From Myxococcota bacterium (GTDB lineage Bacteria; Myxococcota_A; SURF-8): DNA of 64,000 bases. This document shows, piece by piece, positions 9,782 to 19,830 of this stretch. The DNA lies in contig OZ223209.1 of assembly GCA_965140415.1 (NCBI GenBank), positions 192,001-256,000 of the forward strand, written 5' to 3'. Numbering within the stretch: position 1 is the first letter of the stretch; each line of letters opens with the position of its first letter. The translations under genes and the position numbers were made by a program. A model generated the notes under the pieces. That model was not told the DNA's origin and did no database searches. It saw nothing but the letters and a program-made list of their open reading frames with translations.

Positions 9782-11022
9782 TGAGGCACCTCGGCCTTTT
9801 GTTCTTTTTTGCCTGCGCCGGGAAGTTTCTGCGCCGGGGTCGTTTTGCGCTCGCCGGCCAGTAACAGTTCCATACCGGGCACGGGAATTTGAATGCGGCT
9901 GACAATCACAGCCTCGCCCTGTTGTATGGGACCACGAACCACGACGTTCTCTTCCGTGCGCCAGAGTAGTTCCACATCGCGAATATCCAGCCGTCCTTCA
10001 TCGTTGCGAATCCAGACTTTGCTTTCTTCATGCAAGGCGCGATCCGGCAGGGAGACGACATCGGGCATGACTTTCCCTTGTATTTCCGCGTGGACGAAAG
10101 CTCCCAGCATCAAAGGTGTTTTCTCGTTGTTTTCGGCGTCTTTCAGACCGAAAGGATCTTCGATTAGCACCAGCAGTTGCGCGGTTTTGCCGTTGGCGTC
10201 GAGATCCGCCAACAGTTTGATGATGCGTCCCTGCCACTGCGGGTTGCCTTTGCCGATCTGTTGGGATATCTTCACCTGGGAGCCGCCCTCGCTATGGATA
10301 TCCGGCAACTCGATCCAGCGCAATTTCTCCACCGGCACCGATACCTGCACCCAGAATGCGTCGCTGGCCACCAGGGTGGCAACGGGCGTCTGGCTGGAAA
10401 CCACCTGCCCGACGTCCACCCCTTTGGAAGTTACAAAGGCATTGAATGGTGCAGGAATACGCGTGCGCGAAAGATCCAGCTTGGCCTTTTCCAATCCGCT
10501 GCGCGCGGCGGACAGGGCGGTTTGGGCGCTCTTTAATTGAATTTCGCGCGTCGCCAGACGCAGACCCTCTTCGGTCGGTTTCACTTCGTGTTCGATCAGG
10601 CTCCATTCCAGCTTCGCGGCGGCGTGCTGGCCTTCTTCCTGCGCCAGTGCCAGTTCGGCCTGAGCCACACTGGCCTGTTGTGAGCGAACGTTCAATTCAT
10701 AATCGCTTGCATCGATGCGCAGCAGATTTTCTCCCTTTTTCAAATGTCCGCCTGGAATCAGTTGCGGCGAAACCGAAACGACTCGACCCGCGACCTGGGG
10801 ATAAACCGTTACGCTTCTGGCTGCTTTTACCGGACCCAGCGCCGTTACAACGGCTTGAATATCGTTGCGCTCGGCAGCCACGGTTTCCACCGTCAATGTG
10901 CGCCGAACGGGTTTGGTGCGTGATGGAGGCTGCTTCGTACTTGTAAAATAATAAAAGATCGCCATTCCAATCGCCAGAATCACGACGATGGTTAAAATGG
11001 TTGAACTGGGTTTCTTATTCAT
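9778..11022 (-). CDS. RND efflux periplasmic adaptor (MFP)
   Basis: N-terminal TM, PQVAGRV lipoyl half-motif, coiled coil, RTRIPAPF. Confidence 0.92.
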   Translation of the reverse strand: MNKKPSSTILTIVVILAIGMAIFYYFTSTKQPPSRTKPVRRTLTVETVAAERNDIQAVVTALGPVKAARSVTVYPQVAGRVVSVSPQLIPGGHLKKGENLLRIDASDYELNVRSQQASVAQAELALAQEEGQHAAAKLEWSLIEHEVKPTEEGLRLATREIQLKSAQTALSAARSGLEKAKLDLSRTRIPAPFNAFVTSKGVDVGQVVSSQTPVATLVASDAFWVQVSVPVEKLRWIELPDIHSEGGSQVKISQQIGKGNPQWQGRIIKLLADLDANGKTAQLLVLIEDPFGLKDAENNEKTPLMLGAFVHAEIQGKVMPDVVSLPDRALHEESKVWIRNDEGRLDIRDVELLWRTEENVVVRGPIQQGEAVIVSRIQIPVPGMELLLAGERKTTPAQKLPGAGKKEQKAEVPQ

Positions 11023-11306
11023 ATCTCTGTTCTCCTCTTACGAACATCCGCCGAGAATTCCGGCAATCATAACCGAAACTTCCCATCTCGTCAGCAGCCT
11101 TTTTCGTAGCAATTCGTAGCATGATAGCTCATTTATCCAATAAAAGAAGCCGCATTCACTCCAAGCAAAGACAAAACTGGCCGTTAAAGCCTTCCATTAA
11201 GTTTGATTTTCAATAGATCTCGGTGGCTATACCGGGTGTGCTTGTACTCACTGCTGCGGTACACACACAGAAAGAGCCGATACATTACCGCTGAATTGGT
11301 AAAAGC

Positions 11307-11330
11307 ACCAGGGAGGCAAATGCCTCCCTG
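11307..11330 (-). terminator. Terminator hairpin downstream of the 11376-11831 gene
   Basis: CCAGGGAGGC-AAAT-GCCTCCCTGG followed by TGCTTTT on the minus strand. Confidence 0.6.
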
Positions 11331-11375
11331 GCTTAGCAAACATTCCCAAGGGTGGGATTGGGGAGGGGTAATTTC

Positions 11376-11831
11376 TTAGCGATTTCGACCGTTTCCGCCA
11401 CCGCGGCCACCGCGACCGCCGCCCTTGCCCGCTCCGTCGGGTCGGCAGACCAGATCGTTACCCATGCGGGCCTGTTGACAGGAGCCGCTGCGCTCACCGC
11501 GCCGAGTTGTGGCGGTGCAAGTATCTCCCTGCGATTTTCCGACGCAAGCAGCTACGGCTTGTTCGTGTTGCTGTTTCCGTTCTTCCGGAACGCAGACCAT
11601 CCTGCTTTCATTATTGGGTTGTTCACAGGTTCCGCTCAAGTCGCCGCGTCGACAGCTAAAGGAACAGGCATCGCCCTGCTGAGCGCCATCACAGGCGGTG
11701 TACGCTGCTTCAGGCGGACCCTGACGACCTTTGCCGCGTCCCTGACCGCGTCCCTGGGCGACTGCAAGCGAAGAAACGAACAGAACCAAAATTGCCAATG
11801 AGAACAGGATCATGTTTTTCTTGTTGAACAT
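11376..11831 (-). CDS. Small secreted Cys-rich, Gly/Arg-rich protein with two internal repeats
   Basis: Signal peptide; repeats ACDGAQQGDAC..RRGDLSGTC..MVC and ACVGKSQGDTC..RRGERSGSC..LVC. Confidence 0.75.
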   Translation of the reverse strand: MFNKKNMILFSLAILVLFVSSLAVAQGRGQGRGKGRQGPPEAAYTACDGAQQGDACSFSCRRGDLSGTCEQPNNESRMVCVPEERKQQHEQAVAACVGKSQGDTCTATTRRGERSGSCQQARMGNDLVCRPDGAGKGGGRGGRGGGNGRNR

Positions 11832-12051
11832 CTTTAACCTTCTCTTTCTTTCAGTCGATTCAATTTACTAACGATACAACCTGTGGCCGCTTCCGGCCTG
11901 ACTCGCGTCCTCCTCGATCCGGTTGATGATTGGAGTCCGGCGCATTCGACTATAAGACGTGCGGCGGGAGCGGTTGTTACATACAAACACACACAAAATG
12001 CACGATGCATCTGCCTCAAGCCCCCAATGTGGTACTATTGTCTTGTAATAT

Positions 12052-14325
12052 TCAGTGCTTATCGGCTAATGGATCGGGAAGATAATGTGCCCCCGGAGGG
12101 AGTTCATCGGTTCCCAGTGCGCGAATGGCGGCCTTGAAGCGGTCGCCGCGCTGGTAGTATTTCTCCCCGGCTGGGCTGGCGCTGGCCGGGCTGAAGAGCA
12201 CATCCATGCCGGGTTGAGCCTGCATAACTGCCTGCCGGGCGGCGTCTTCCAGATCGGTGCAAGATTGAATCGGAATCGGTGACGATAGCTTGTTGAGTGC
12301 TTCACTTAGTGCTTCGGTGATTTCTCCAAAGAGGAACGCTTTGCTTACCCGCCCGGAACAGGCCTGGGCTGTTTCGTCGAAACAAAGCCCCTTGTTGTTG
12401 CCGCCTGCAACCAGTAAGATGGGATTGTTCAACGATTGCAAGGCCTTGATAGTGGCATCGGGATTCGTACCCTTGCTGTCGTCGTAGTAATCCACCCCAT
12501 TCATACGGTGGAAGCGTTCGACGCGATACACCACTCCGGCAAAAGATCGCAGCGTTTCTTCGATCACGTCAGGCGACACTCCAAGTAAAAACGCCGCCAG
12601 ACCCGAGGCCATCAGGTTTTCCAGGTTGTGTTCGCCCACGAAACGACGCTGCTGCATAAAGTCTTCGATGCACAGCACGTCCCGGTCGGGATGGCGCATA
12701 ACCAGATCCGTTCCTTGCAGAAACGCACCCCGCTCCAGTTCCCTGCGAGTCGAAAAGGGGACCATCGCCGCCGCACAACCTTTGGGTAGTAACTCATTGA
12801 CGATCGGTTCGCTTTCGATGTTGTAAATCGCGTAGCTGTTCTTTTCCAACAGGGTGAAGATGCGCCCCTTGGCGGCGATGTACCCGGCCATATCGCCGTG
12901 CCGGTCCAGATGATCCGGCGTGATGTTCAGCAGTATAGATGCCTGTACCGGCAAGCTGGACAATTCCTCCAACTGAAAGCTGCTTAACTCCATGGCGCAC
13001 ACGCTGTTGTCATTGAGATCGGGCAGAATGTCCAATACCGGACGACCGATATTGCCCATCAGGTGGGCGTCCTCGCCGATGTCACCGGCGAACAACCGCT
13101 GGGTTAGAATCGTCGTGGTGGTTTTTCCATTGGTGCCGCTGATGGCCACCTTGCGTCCCTTGGCATGTTGCAGAAAGAGTTCGACGTCGCTCATGATCGG
13201 CACGCCCATACGCCGCGTCTGTCGGAAAGCGGGCAGATCGGCGGGAACGCCGGGCGAGCGGAAAACGACGTCCGCCCGGTGCAGATCGTCCAGGTACTGT
13301 TCACCGGTAACGGCCTGTGCCGATAAATCCGGGAAATCCTCTTTCAGTTTCTCCGCTACAACGGGGCGACTGTCACGCACGCGGATCAGCGAAGGGCGGT
13401 GCCTGCGCAGATGGCGCAACAGGCTTTGTCCGGTCACGCCGTAGCCGACGACATCCACGGCTTTTCCCGATAAATCGTTGCGAATATCCACCTGGCGAAC
13501 GCGCAGGCGACCATTCACGCCCATGCGCGCCAGTTGTGCGGAAATCGCCTGCTCCGATCCGTTCGTAAAAACCACCTGTTCATCGCTTGCCGCGCGGTTA
13601 TCCGCATCCGCCCGCAGATTCCGAATATCCAAATAAGCACGCGCGAACTGCGCCAACGACAAGGCCGGATTGATCAGACGCACCCCGTTTCCCAAAACCT
13701 GCCGGATCTCTTCTGCCAGTCGTGGAAAATGCGTACAACCCAGAAAAACGGCATCCGGCGGCTGTTCCATAAAAGGCGCCAGGTCTTTTTGCAGCGTTTC
13801 CATTCGCAGACGCCGTTCCAAATCCGCATCGGTTTCCGGGCGTTCCACCCGCTGCACCCATTCCGGCGCGGCCAGAGTATGCAGCTTGCAATTGGGTAGT
13901 AACTCCGCTGCCAGCTTCTGATAAAGTCCGCTGTCGATCGTCAGGCGGGTTCCGGTAATCAGCAGGCGCGAAGGTGCAGTAAAAGTCAATTCCGAAAGCG
14001 CTTCGGGCGAGGCGATCGGGAGCACGTCTACGCCGTGTTTGTGCAAACGTTGCCGCAGTTCGTGAGAGGCGGGTAGGGAACGAAAGACGGTGGAGGCGGT
14101 GTGGCAGGCGATGATCAGCAGTTTCACCCGCCGCATCAGCATGCCTTCCACGATATCCGATAAAAATTGTTCGATCTGCGCCGCAGACTTTTCCCCGTAG
14201 GGATTGTTCACCGTATCGGCAAAGTAATACATTTTTTCGTTAGGCAATAGGCGGTTCAAATGCTCCAGCATTTCCAACCCGCCGACACCGGAATCGAATA
14301 CGCCAATACGGTAGTTGCGGTTCAT
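12052..14325 (-). CDS. murI-murD: Fused glutamate racemase (MurI) + UDP-MurNAc-L-Ala:D-Glu ligase (MurD)
   Basis: MurI motifs GVFDSGVGG, PYGEKS, ACHTAS, LGCTHFP; MurD motifs SPGVP, GTNGKTTT, ELSSFQL, NITPDHLDRH, DDSKGTN; one continuous ORF. Confidence 0.9.
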   Translation of the reverse strand: MNRNYRIGVFDSGVGGLEMLEHLNRLLPNEKMYYFADTVNNPYGEKSAAQIEQFLSDIVEGMLMRRVKLLIIACHTASTVFRSLPASHELRQRLHKHGVDVLPIASPEALSELTFTAPSRLLITGTRLTIDSGLYQKLAAELLPNCKLHTLAAPEWVQRVERPETDADLERRLRMETLQKDLAPFMEQPPDAVFLGCTHFPRLAEEIRQVLGNGVRLINPALSLAQFARAYLDIRNLRADADNRAASDEQVVFTNGSEQAISAQLARMGVNGRLRVRQVDIRNDLSGKAVDVVGYGVTGQSLLRHLRRHRPSLIRVRDSRPVVAEKLKEDFPDLSAQAVTGEQYLDDLHRADVVFRSPGVPADLPAFRQTRRMGVPIMSDVELFLQHAKGRKVAISGTNGKTTTTILTQRLFAGDIGEDAHLMGNIGRPVLDILPDLNDNSVCAMELSSFQLEELSSLPVQASILLNITPDHLDRHGDMAGYIAAKGRIFTLLEKNSYAIYNIESEPIVNELLPKGCAAAMVPFSTRRELERGAFLQGTDLVMRHPDRDVLCIEDFMQQRRFVGEHNLENLMASGLAAFLLGVSPDVIEETLRSFAGVVYRVERFHRMNGVDYYDDSKGTNPDATIKALQSLNNPILLVAGGNNKGLCFDETAQACSGRVSKAFLFGEITEALSEALNKLSSPIPIQSCTDLEDAARQAVMQAQPGMDVLFSPASASPAGEKYYQRGDRFKAAIRALGTDELPPGAHYLPDPLADKH

Positions 14326-16895
14326 TTCTGGGTCTTTCGTTCGTTCTCGATGCGCACGCTCTCACCGAGTCGCTCGATAATGGATTTCAGCTCGGGATTC
14401 GTGGAATCATAGCGTTGTGCGCGGCTGTAATAGCGCAGGGCGGCGCGGGTGTTACCCTGTTTTTCGTAGGTTTTTGCGATTCGTTCGTGAATGCCTGGAT
14501 TCTTGGGAGAATAGACCAGGGCGCGGTTGTATTCTCCACGTGCCAGATCGTACTTGCTGCGGGCCATATCGATATCGCCCGAAAGCAGGTAAGCTTCCAA
14601 CTTGCGGCTGGGATGCCGCCAGGCCAGACCGTGAATCTTCACGGCCATCTGGTTGGCCTCGTCGTAGCGCTTCGCCGCCAAATAGGTGCGTCCCTGCAAT
14701 AACCACAGCCCGATATTGACCGGTTGCAGCGTTTCCGCTTTGGCGTACCAGTTCAATGCTTCGTCAAAACTTCTTTGCGTCTGCGCGATTTCACCCTTGA
14801 GCATGTATCCCTGGTAATTGGCAGGGAACTTCGCGATCAATCGGCCTGCGGTTTCGCTTGCGGCGTCTATTCCGCCTTCTTCCAGATGGATTTTTCCCAT
14901 CAGATACAAGGTGGCGGGAGCGTGTTCGGTGTTGGTATCGACCCAGTTGGACAGCAGCATTTTTGCGGTGTCCGATTCTTCACGATCCACCAGAAAACGA
15001 GCCAGTTGCGGAATGCGTCCGTTGTCTTTTGGCACGGTGGCCGCCAGATCTTTCGGTTGCAGACCGCTTTTCAACATCTGACTCCAGGTGTCATCCAGCG
15101 GTTTTTGTTCCAGGGTTTTATTCTGGGCGGAGGCAAATGCCGCGCGCGCGTTGTCGAAATCGCCAACCAGTGCATAGGCTTTGCCGCTCCATCGATCCAC
15201 CATCGGATCGGTGGGGCTTAACAACCCGGCCTTTTCAAGATGCAGCATCTTGTTCGGCATTTCGGCAAACGATCCGGCCCGGTAACGCTCGCTGGCCAGA
15301 ATGCGCAGGTAGGCATCTGTCGGGTGGCGTCCCACTTCCGCAGAGAGCACACGCTCGAATTGGCTTTCGCTTAGCGAGCGGTCGTATACCGCCCGGTGCA
15401 AACGTTGTTGGCTTTGCGCGATGCGGTGATGCAGCCACAGCGCCTCACCGGCCAGCACCGTTACCACGGCCATGATCCACACGGAAATCAGCACCCAGCG
15501 CGGCAATTTCCGGGGTTTGATCCAACTGTTTTTACTGCGTTGCGCCGCGCGCGTAGTCAAGGCTCCGATTAAAAACACCAGTGGCATGGCTACGGCGAAC
15601 GTGCTCAGGTTGAAATCGACGTAATTGTGGATCGCCGCTACGAAAATCGCGCAGAGACCGGCCATTTCCATCCGTTTTAAATGGCGCGTTTTGAAGATCA
15701 GAAAGAGCCCGAATGCAAAACCGAAGATGATCGCCGCTCCCACCGGAAAGCCGCTTTCCACCACGATCTGCAACAGGATGTTTTCCGGGTAGTCGTAGCG
15801 CAAGTCATCTTTGACCGTTTTGTAAATCGGATAGGCCACCTTGAAGGATTCCGCCCCGATGCCTGCAACCGGAAAGGTCTTGGCCATCTGCCAGGCATCC
15901 TGCCAGATTTCCGGGCGCGTGCTGGCGGCCTGGTCATCACTGGAAAATTCATCGGCGAGTTGTTGCAATGCCAGCCAACTGGAAAGCACGATTACCAGCG
16001 CTACCGCCACCTGCACCCAAAGCAGTTCTTTTTTTCCGCGGCTGCGCCTCCAGAGCAGGTAGGTAAACAACAACTGCCCGGCTAAAAAGGCAATGATTCC
16101 ACCTTTGGAGAGCGTCATGAATACTGCAGTGGAAGTCACGACCGCCATGGCCAGAATGAACAAGCGTCGCTGACGCCCCTCTTCTTTAAGGGCGAAGCCG
16201 ATCTGAATCGGTACGCTCATGCCCAGAAAGGCCGCCAGATGGTTGGCGTTGATAAACGTCGAGAAAAAGAAGGGCGGTTGCTGTTCGAAAGGAATCAGCC
16301 CGTAAATTTTGGAAATTCCCAGCGCTTTCTGGATGAACCCGATCATGGCCAGTGCAAAGCCGGTAATGGCGATCGTTTTCAATACCGGATTGAGGCGTTC
16401 GTCATTATTGAACAGGTTCGCCGCAATCAGGTAGACCATTAACAATGAGAAGAAGCCGCTCAAACCGAACCAGGTTTCCGCCGGATCGAGTGAGAGCGTG
16501 CGCCATTGTCCCTGGCCATACAAGCCCAGACCATCCAACGTTACGTGATACAGGCGATCCGTTTCCGGCGAGAATACGGAAAGCAGCCAGGGCGGCAGCG
16601 GTGTCACCTGCAACAGGGTAAATAGCGCTCCCGCAAATAACACCACCCATAAGCCGGTGATATTCGTACGTTTCTGATTGATCAGGGCATCCATTACAAA
16701 CAGGGTGGATAAGCCCAGGATAATCACCCGTGCAATCAGCATCGGGTAGGGGCGCGAGGTCGTGGTTCCAAGCATTAACGGCAGCAGAGGAATCAGAACG
16801 ACAAATCCCCACAGCACCCATTTCTCCAGTACGCCGGGAGCGGGCTTGGGTAATCGTCTGTACCGCACGGGGCGGCGCTCGTTCATGCTTTCCAT
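14322..16895 (-). CDS. O-antigen ligase/oligosaccharyltransferase (Wzy_C)-like membrane protein with C-terminal TPRs
   Basis: Many TM helices; TFINANHLA, TLSKGG, R.EIW..AW.M...FP.AGIG, HNYVDFNL; TPR-like C-terminus. Confidence 0.85.
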   Translation of the reverse strand: MESMNERRPVRYRRLPKPAPGVLEKWVLWGFVVLIPLLPLMLGTTTSRPYPMLIARVIILGLSTLFVMDALINQKRTNITGLWVVLFAGALFTLLQVTPLPPWLLSVFSPETDRLYHVTLDGLGLYGQGQWRTLSLDPAETWFGLSGFFSLLMVYLIAANLFNNDERLNPVLKTIAITGFALAMIGFIQKALGISKIYGLIPFEQQPPFFFSTFINANHLAAFLGMSVPIQIGFALKEEGRQRRLFILAMAVVTSTAVFMTLSKGGIIAFLAGQLLFTYLLWRRSRGKKELLWVQVAVALVIVLSSWLALQQLADEFSSDDQAASTRPEIWQDAWQMAKTFPVAGIGAESFKVAYPIYKTVKDDLRYDYPENILLQIVVESGFPVGAAIIFGFAFGLFLIFKTRHLKRMEMAGLCAIFVAAIHNYVDFNLSTFAVAMPLVFLIGALTTRAAQRSKNSWIKPRKLPRWVLISVWIMAVVTVLAGEALWLHHRIAQSQQRLHRAVYDRSLSESQFERVLSAEVGRHPTDAYLRILASERYRAGSFAEMPNKMLHLEKAGLLSPTDPMVDRWSGKAYALVGDFDNARAAFASAQNKTLEQKPLDDTWSQMLKSGLQPKDLAATVPKDNGRIPQLARFLVDREESDTAKMLLSNWVDTNTEHAPATLYLMGKIHLEEGGIDAASETAGRLIAKFPANYQGYMLKGEIAQTQRSFDEALNWYAKAETLQPVNIGLWLLQGRTYLAAKRYDEANQMAVKIHGLAWRHPSRKLEAYLLSGDIDMARSKYDLARGEYNRALVYSPKNPGIHERIAKTYEKQGNTRAALRYYSRAQRYDSTNPELKSIIERLGESVRIENERKTQK

Positions 16896-16941
16896 TGCGA
16901 ACCGAACCTTCCTCTGTATCGGGCGTTGATGCCCCACAGCA

Positions 16942-17934
16942 TTAGACCGGTGGCCATTTCCCTTCTGCCATCAATTCCGCAACGCGCGGTGCATGATAGG
17001 TCAAAATCAAATCCGCTCCCGCTCTGCGGATGCCGATCAGGTATTCATAAATGCTGCGATCCCGGTCGAGCCAGCCGTTTTGCGCTGCCGCTTCGATCAT
17101 GGCGTATTCTCCGCTGACGGCATAGGCGGCTACCGGGGTTTCCACCCAATCGCGAATCTTGGCGATGACATCCAAATAGGCCAGCGCCGGTTTGACCATC
17201 ACGATATCCGCGCCTTCCTCGATGTCCTGATCCACTTCCTGCACCGCCTGGCGCAGATTGGCCGGGTCCATCTGGTGGGAGCGCCGATCGCCGAAAGCGG
17301 GTGCGGAACCGGCGGCATCGCGAAACGGTCCGTAAAAGGCGGAGGCGTATTTTGCCGAATAGGCCATGATCGGAATGTGAGAATAGCCTGACATATCAAG
17401 CGCTTCGCGAATTGCTCCGACGCGACCGTCCATCATGTCGCTGGGAGCGATTATATCCGCTCCGGCTTCGGCCAATGTCACCGCCGCCTGCGCCAATAAC
17501 GGCAGGGTGGCGTCGTTGTCGATGTATTCTCCCGCCAGCAAACCGCAGTGACCGTGCGAGGTGTATTCGCATAAACAGACATCGACCACTACCAATAGCG
17601 GCAGTCCTTCTTTTTTCAGCGCACGCACCGCCTGCTGCACGATGCCGTCTTGCGCATATGCGCCGGTGCCCTGCGGATCTTTATGCTCGGGAATACCGAA
17701 TAAAATGATGGCCTTGATGCCCAACTCGGAGATCCGGCGCGCCTCCGGCAGCAGCATGTCGATGGATAACTGGTACTGGCCAGGCATAGAGGGAATCTCG
17801 TTTTTGACGCCTTGCCCGTAATGCACGAACATCGGGTAAATCAGGTCATCCAGCGACAAACGGGTTTCGCGCACCAGATCCCGCAACAATCCCTGTTCGC
17901 GCAAGCGCCGCATGCGGACATCGGGAAAACTCAT
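16942..17934 (-). CDS. hemB: Porphobilinogen synthase
   Basis: DVCLCEYTSHGHCG, APSDMMDGR, FYGPFRDA, MVKPAL, VSGEYAM. Confidence 0.97.
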   Translation of the reverse strand: MSFPDVRMRRLREQGLLRDLVRETRLSLDDLIYPMFVHYGQGVKNEIPSMPGQYQLSIDMLLPEARRISELGIKAIILFGIPEHKDPQGTGAYAQDGIVQQAVRALKKEGLPLLVVVDVCLCEYTSHGHCGLLAGEYIDNDATLPLLAQAAVTLAEAGADIIAPSDMMDGRVGAIREALDMSGYSHIPIMAYSAKYASAFYGPFRDAAGSAPAFGDRRSHQMDPANLRQAVQEVDQDIEEGADIVMVKPALAYLDVIAKIRDWVETPVAAYAVSGEYAMIEAAAQNGWLDRDRSIYEYLIGIRRAGADLILTYHAPRVAELMAEGKWPPV

Positions 17935-17973
17935 ATCAACTCCTGTTTTCGTCTCACACCCGATTGGGTGACG

Positions 17974-18663
17974 CTACATCTCGAATCGATAGCCGACCGC
18001 GCGCACCGTCAGGAAATGACGCGGACGTTCCGGTTCTTCCTCGAACAGCTTGCGCAGTCGCAGCACGAAATTATCCACCGTACGTTCCGTGGGGGCGGTG
18101 TCCATCCCCCAGACTTCTTCAAGGATATCCACACGTTTCAGGCTGTGTCCCGCCATACGCACGAACATGCCCAACAGCCGCGCCTCTTTTTCCGACAGGC
18201 GCACCTGGCCTTCGACGGTTTGTGCTTCGCGTGTATCCAGATTCGCCGTAAAGCGACCGATTTTTACCACTTGATTGCTGGGGACTTCCCGCTGAGCCTG
18301 TCCGCGGCGGATCATCGCCCGCACCCGCGCCAGAAACTCAGCCATATCAAAGGGTTTGGTCAGGTAATCATCCGCGCCCGAATCCAAGCCCTGCACTTTG
18401 GCCTGGGTTTCGGAGCGAGCTGTGAGCATCAGAACGGGGGTGAAGATCTCTTTGGCGCGCAGTTCGGAAACCACTTCGAATCCGTTTTTTCCGGGTAGCA
18501 TCACATCCAGCACGACGGCGTCGAACGCTTCGTTTTCAATCGCCGGCAGCGCCTTGTCTCCGGCCATTACCCAGCTTGCCCGGTAGCCTTCGCGCTCCAG
18601 GTTCAGCTTGATCATCTCTCCGATCAGCTCGTCATCTTCGACCAGCAGTATCCGTTCCGCCAT
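17974..18663 (-). CDS. OmpR/PhoB-family response regulator
   Basis: ILLVEDD, LDVMLP, GADDYLTKPF, winged-helix RTVDNFVLRLRK...TVRAVGYRF. Confidence 0.93.
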   Translation of the reverse strand: MAERILLVEDDELIGEMIKLNLEREGYRASWVMAGDKALPAIENEAFDAVVLDVMLPGKNGFEVVSELRAKEIFTPVLMLTARSETQAKVQGLDSGADDYLTKPFDMAEFLARVRAMIRRGQAQREVPSNQVVKIGRFTANLDTREAQTVEGQVRLSEKEARLLGMFVRMAGHSLKRVDILEEVWGMDTAPTERTVDNFVLRLRKLFEEEPERPRHFLTVRAVGYRFEM

Positions 18664-18665
18664 GC

Positions 18666-19823
18666 CTACGCCACTTTCTTCAAATGCAGAATCATGCGCG
18701 TGCCTTTGCCGGGTCCGTTGCTTTGCGCGATCAGTTCCCCGCCGAAAGAACGCAGCAGTTGCCGAGCGATATATAAACCCAACCCGGAACCCTTGATTTC
18801 CCCGATGCGCTCGCTGGGACCGCGCCACAACTTGTGAAACATCGCCTTGCGTTCGGCGCGACTCAGTCCCACCCCGTTGTCTTCCACCACAATCATGCCC
18901 CATTCGTCCGTTTCCTGCAAGATAACCCGCACTTCGGGTACATCGGAGGAATACTTGAAGGCGTTGTCCAGCAGGTTTTCCATAATGTGGCGCATCAAAT
19001 CCGGATCGGCCCAGACCGAAATCTCATCCGCACAATCCACCACGACTTCGGCGCGTTTGTCGCTGAACAACCGGTTGCGGCGTTCCACGAATTCCCGCGT
19101 TCCTTCAATCAGTTGCAATGGACGCGGCTGCGAATTGAAAATTCCTTGCTGAATGCGATTGGCGAGCAGCACGTTTTCGATCAGGCTTTGTAAATGATTG
19201 GTTTCGATCAATCCCAATCGGGCGTAACGAGCTTGTTTTTCCTCTGGAATTCCTCCACTGGAGAAGGTTTCCAACAGCGCCTTGACTCCCGCGACCGGCG
19301 TTTTCAGTTCATGGCTGACCGCCTGGAAAAAGAGTTCCACATTGCGCCGCGCCCGACGCTCGGAAAGCCACAGAAAATACAGACCCAGGCAGAGAATCAC
19401 GATTAGAATGATCAGCAGTGATCCTTCACCGGCCACCATCACCATGCGGCTGCGGTGCTTGACTTTCTGCTCTTTCAATACCTGCGGCTTGACCTGTAGC
19501 AAGAGTTCGGGGAAATTCGGTTGTAATGGCAAGGCGGCGATATCGTGCGCCTGCGAATCGGAAACGATTTCAAATATCGAATCCGGTTCTATAACGGGTG
19601 GATTGTGTTTGTCGCGCAGACCCAGACCATGAGCGACCATCAGCATCTGCAATTGTTGCCGCTCCATGCTCAACGTATAAACGGTTTGCATCTGCTGCCA
19701 TTGCAGAATCACCCACCAGATCCCCAGGCTGGTTAACGCCAGCACGGCCACTAACAGCAGTGGATGCAGCGGGCGCAAGCCTCGTCCGTGCCAGCTTCGC
19801 GTTTTCGTTTGACCGCTTGCCAT
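18666..19823 (-). CDS. Membrane sensor histidine kinase
   Basis: Two TM helices; SHELKTP, NLLDNAFKYS, EDNGVG, GSGLGL. Confidence 0.93.
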   Translation of the reverse strand: MASGQTKTRSWHGRGLRPLHPLLLVAVLALTSLGIWWVILQWQQMQTVYTLSMERQQLQMLMVAHGLGLRDKHNPPVIEPDSIFEIVSDSQAHDIAALPLQPNFPELLLQVKPQVLKEQKVKHRSRMVMVAGEGSLLIILIVILCLGLYFLWLSERRARRNVELFFQAVSHELKTPVAGVKALLETFSSGGIPEEKQARYARLGLIETNHLQSLIENVLLANRIQQGIFNSQPRPLQLIEGTREFVERRNRLFSDKRAEVVVDCADEISVWADPDLMRHIMENLLDNAFKYSSDVPEVRVILQETDEWGMIVVEDNGVGLSRAERKAMFHKLWRGPSERIGEIKGSGLGLYIARQLLRSFGGELIAQSNGPGKGTRMILHLKKVA

Positions 19824-19830
19824 GGTTTTC

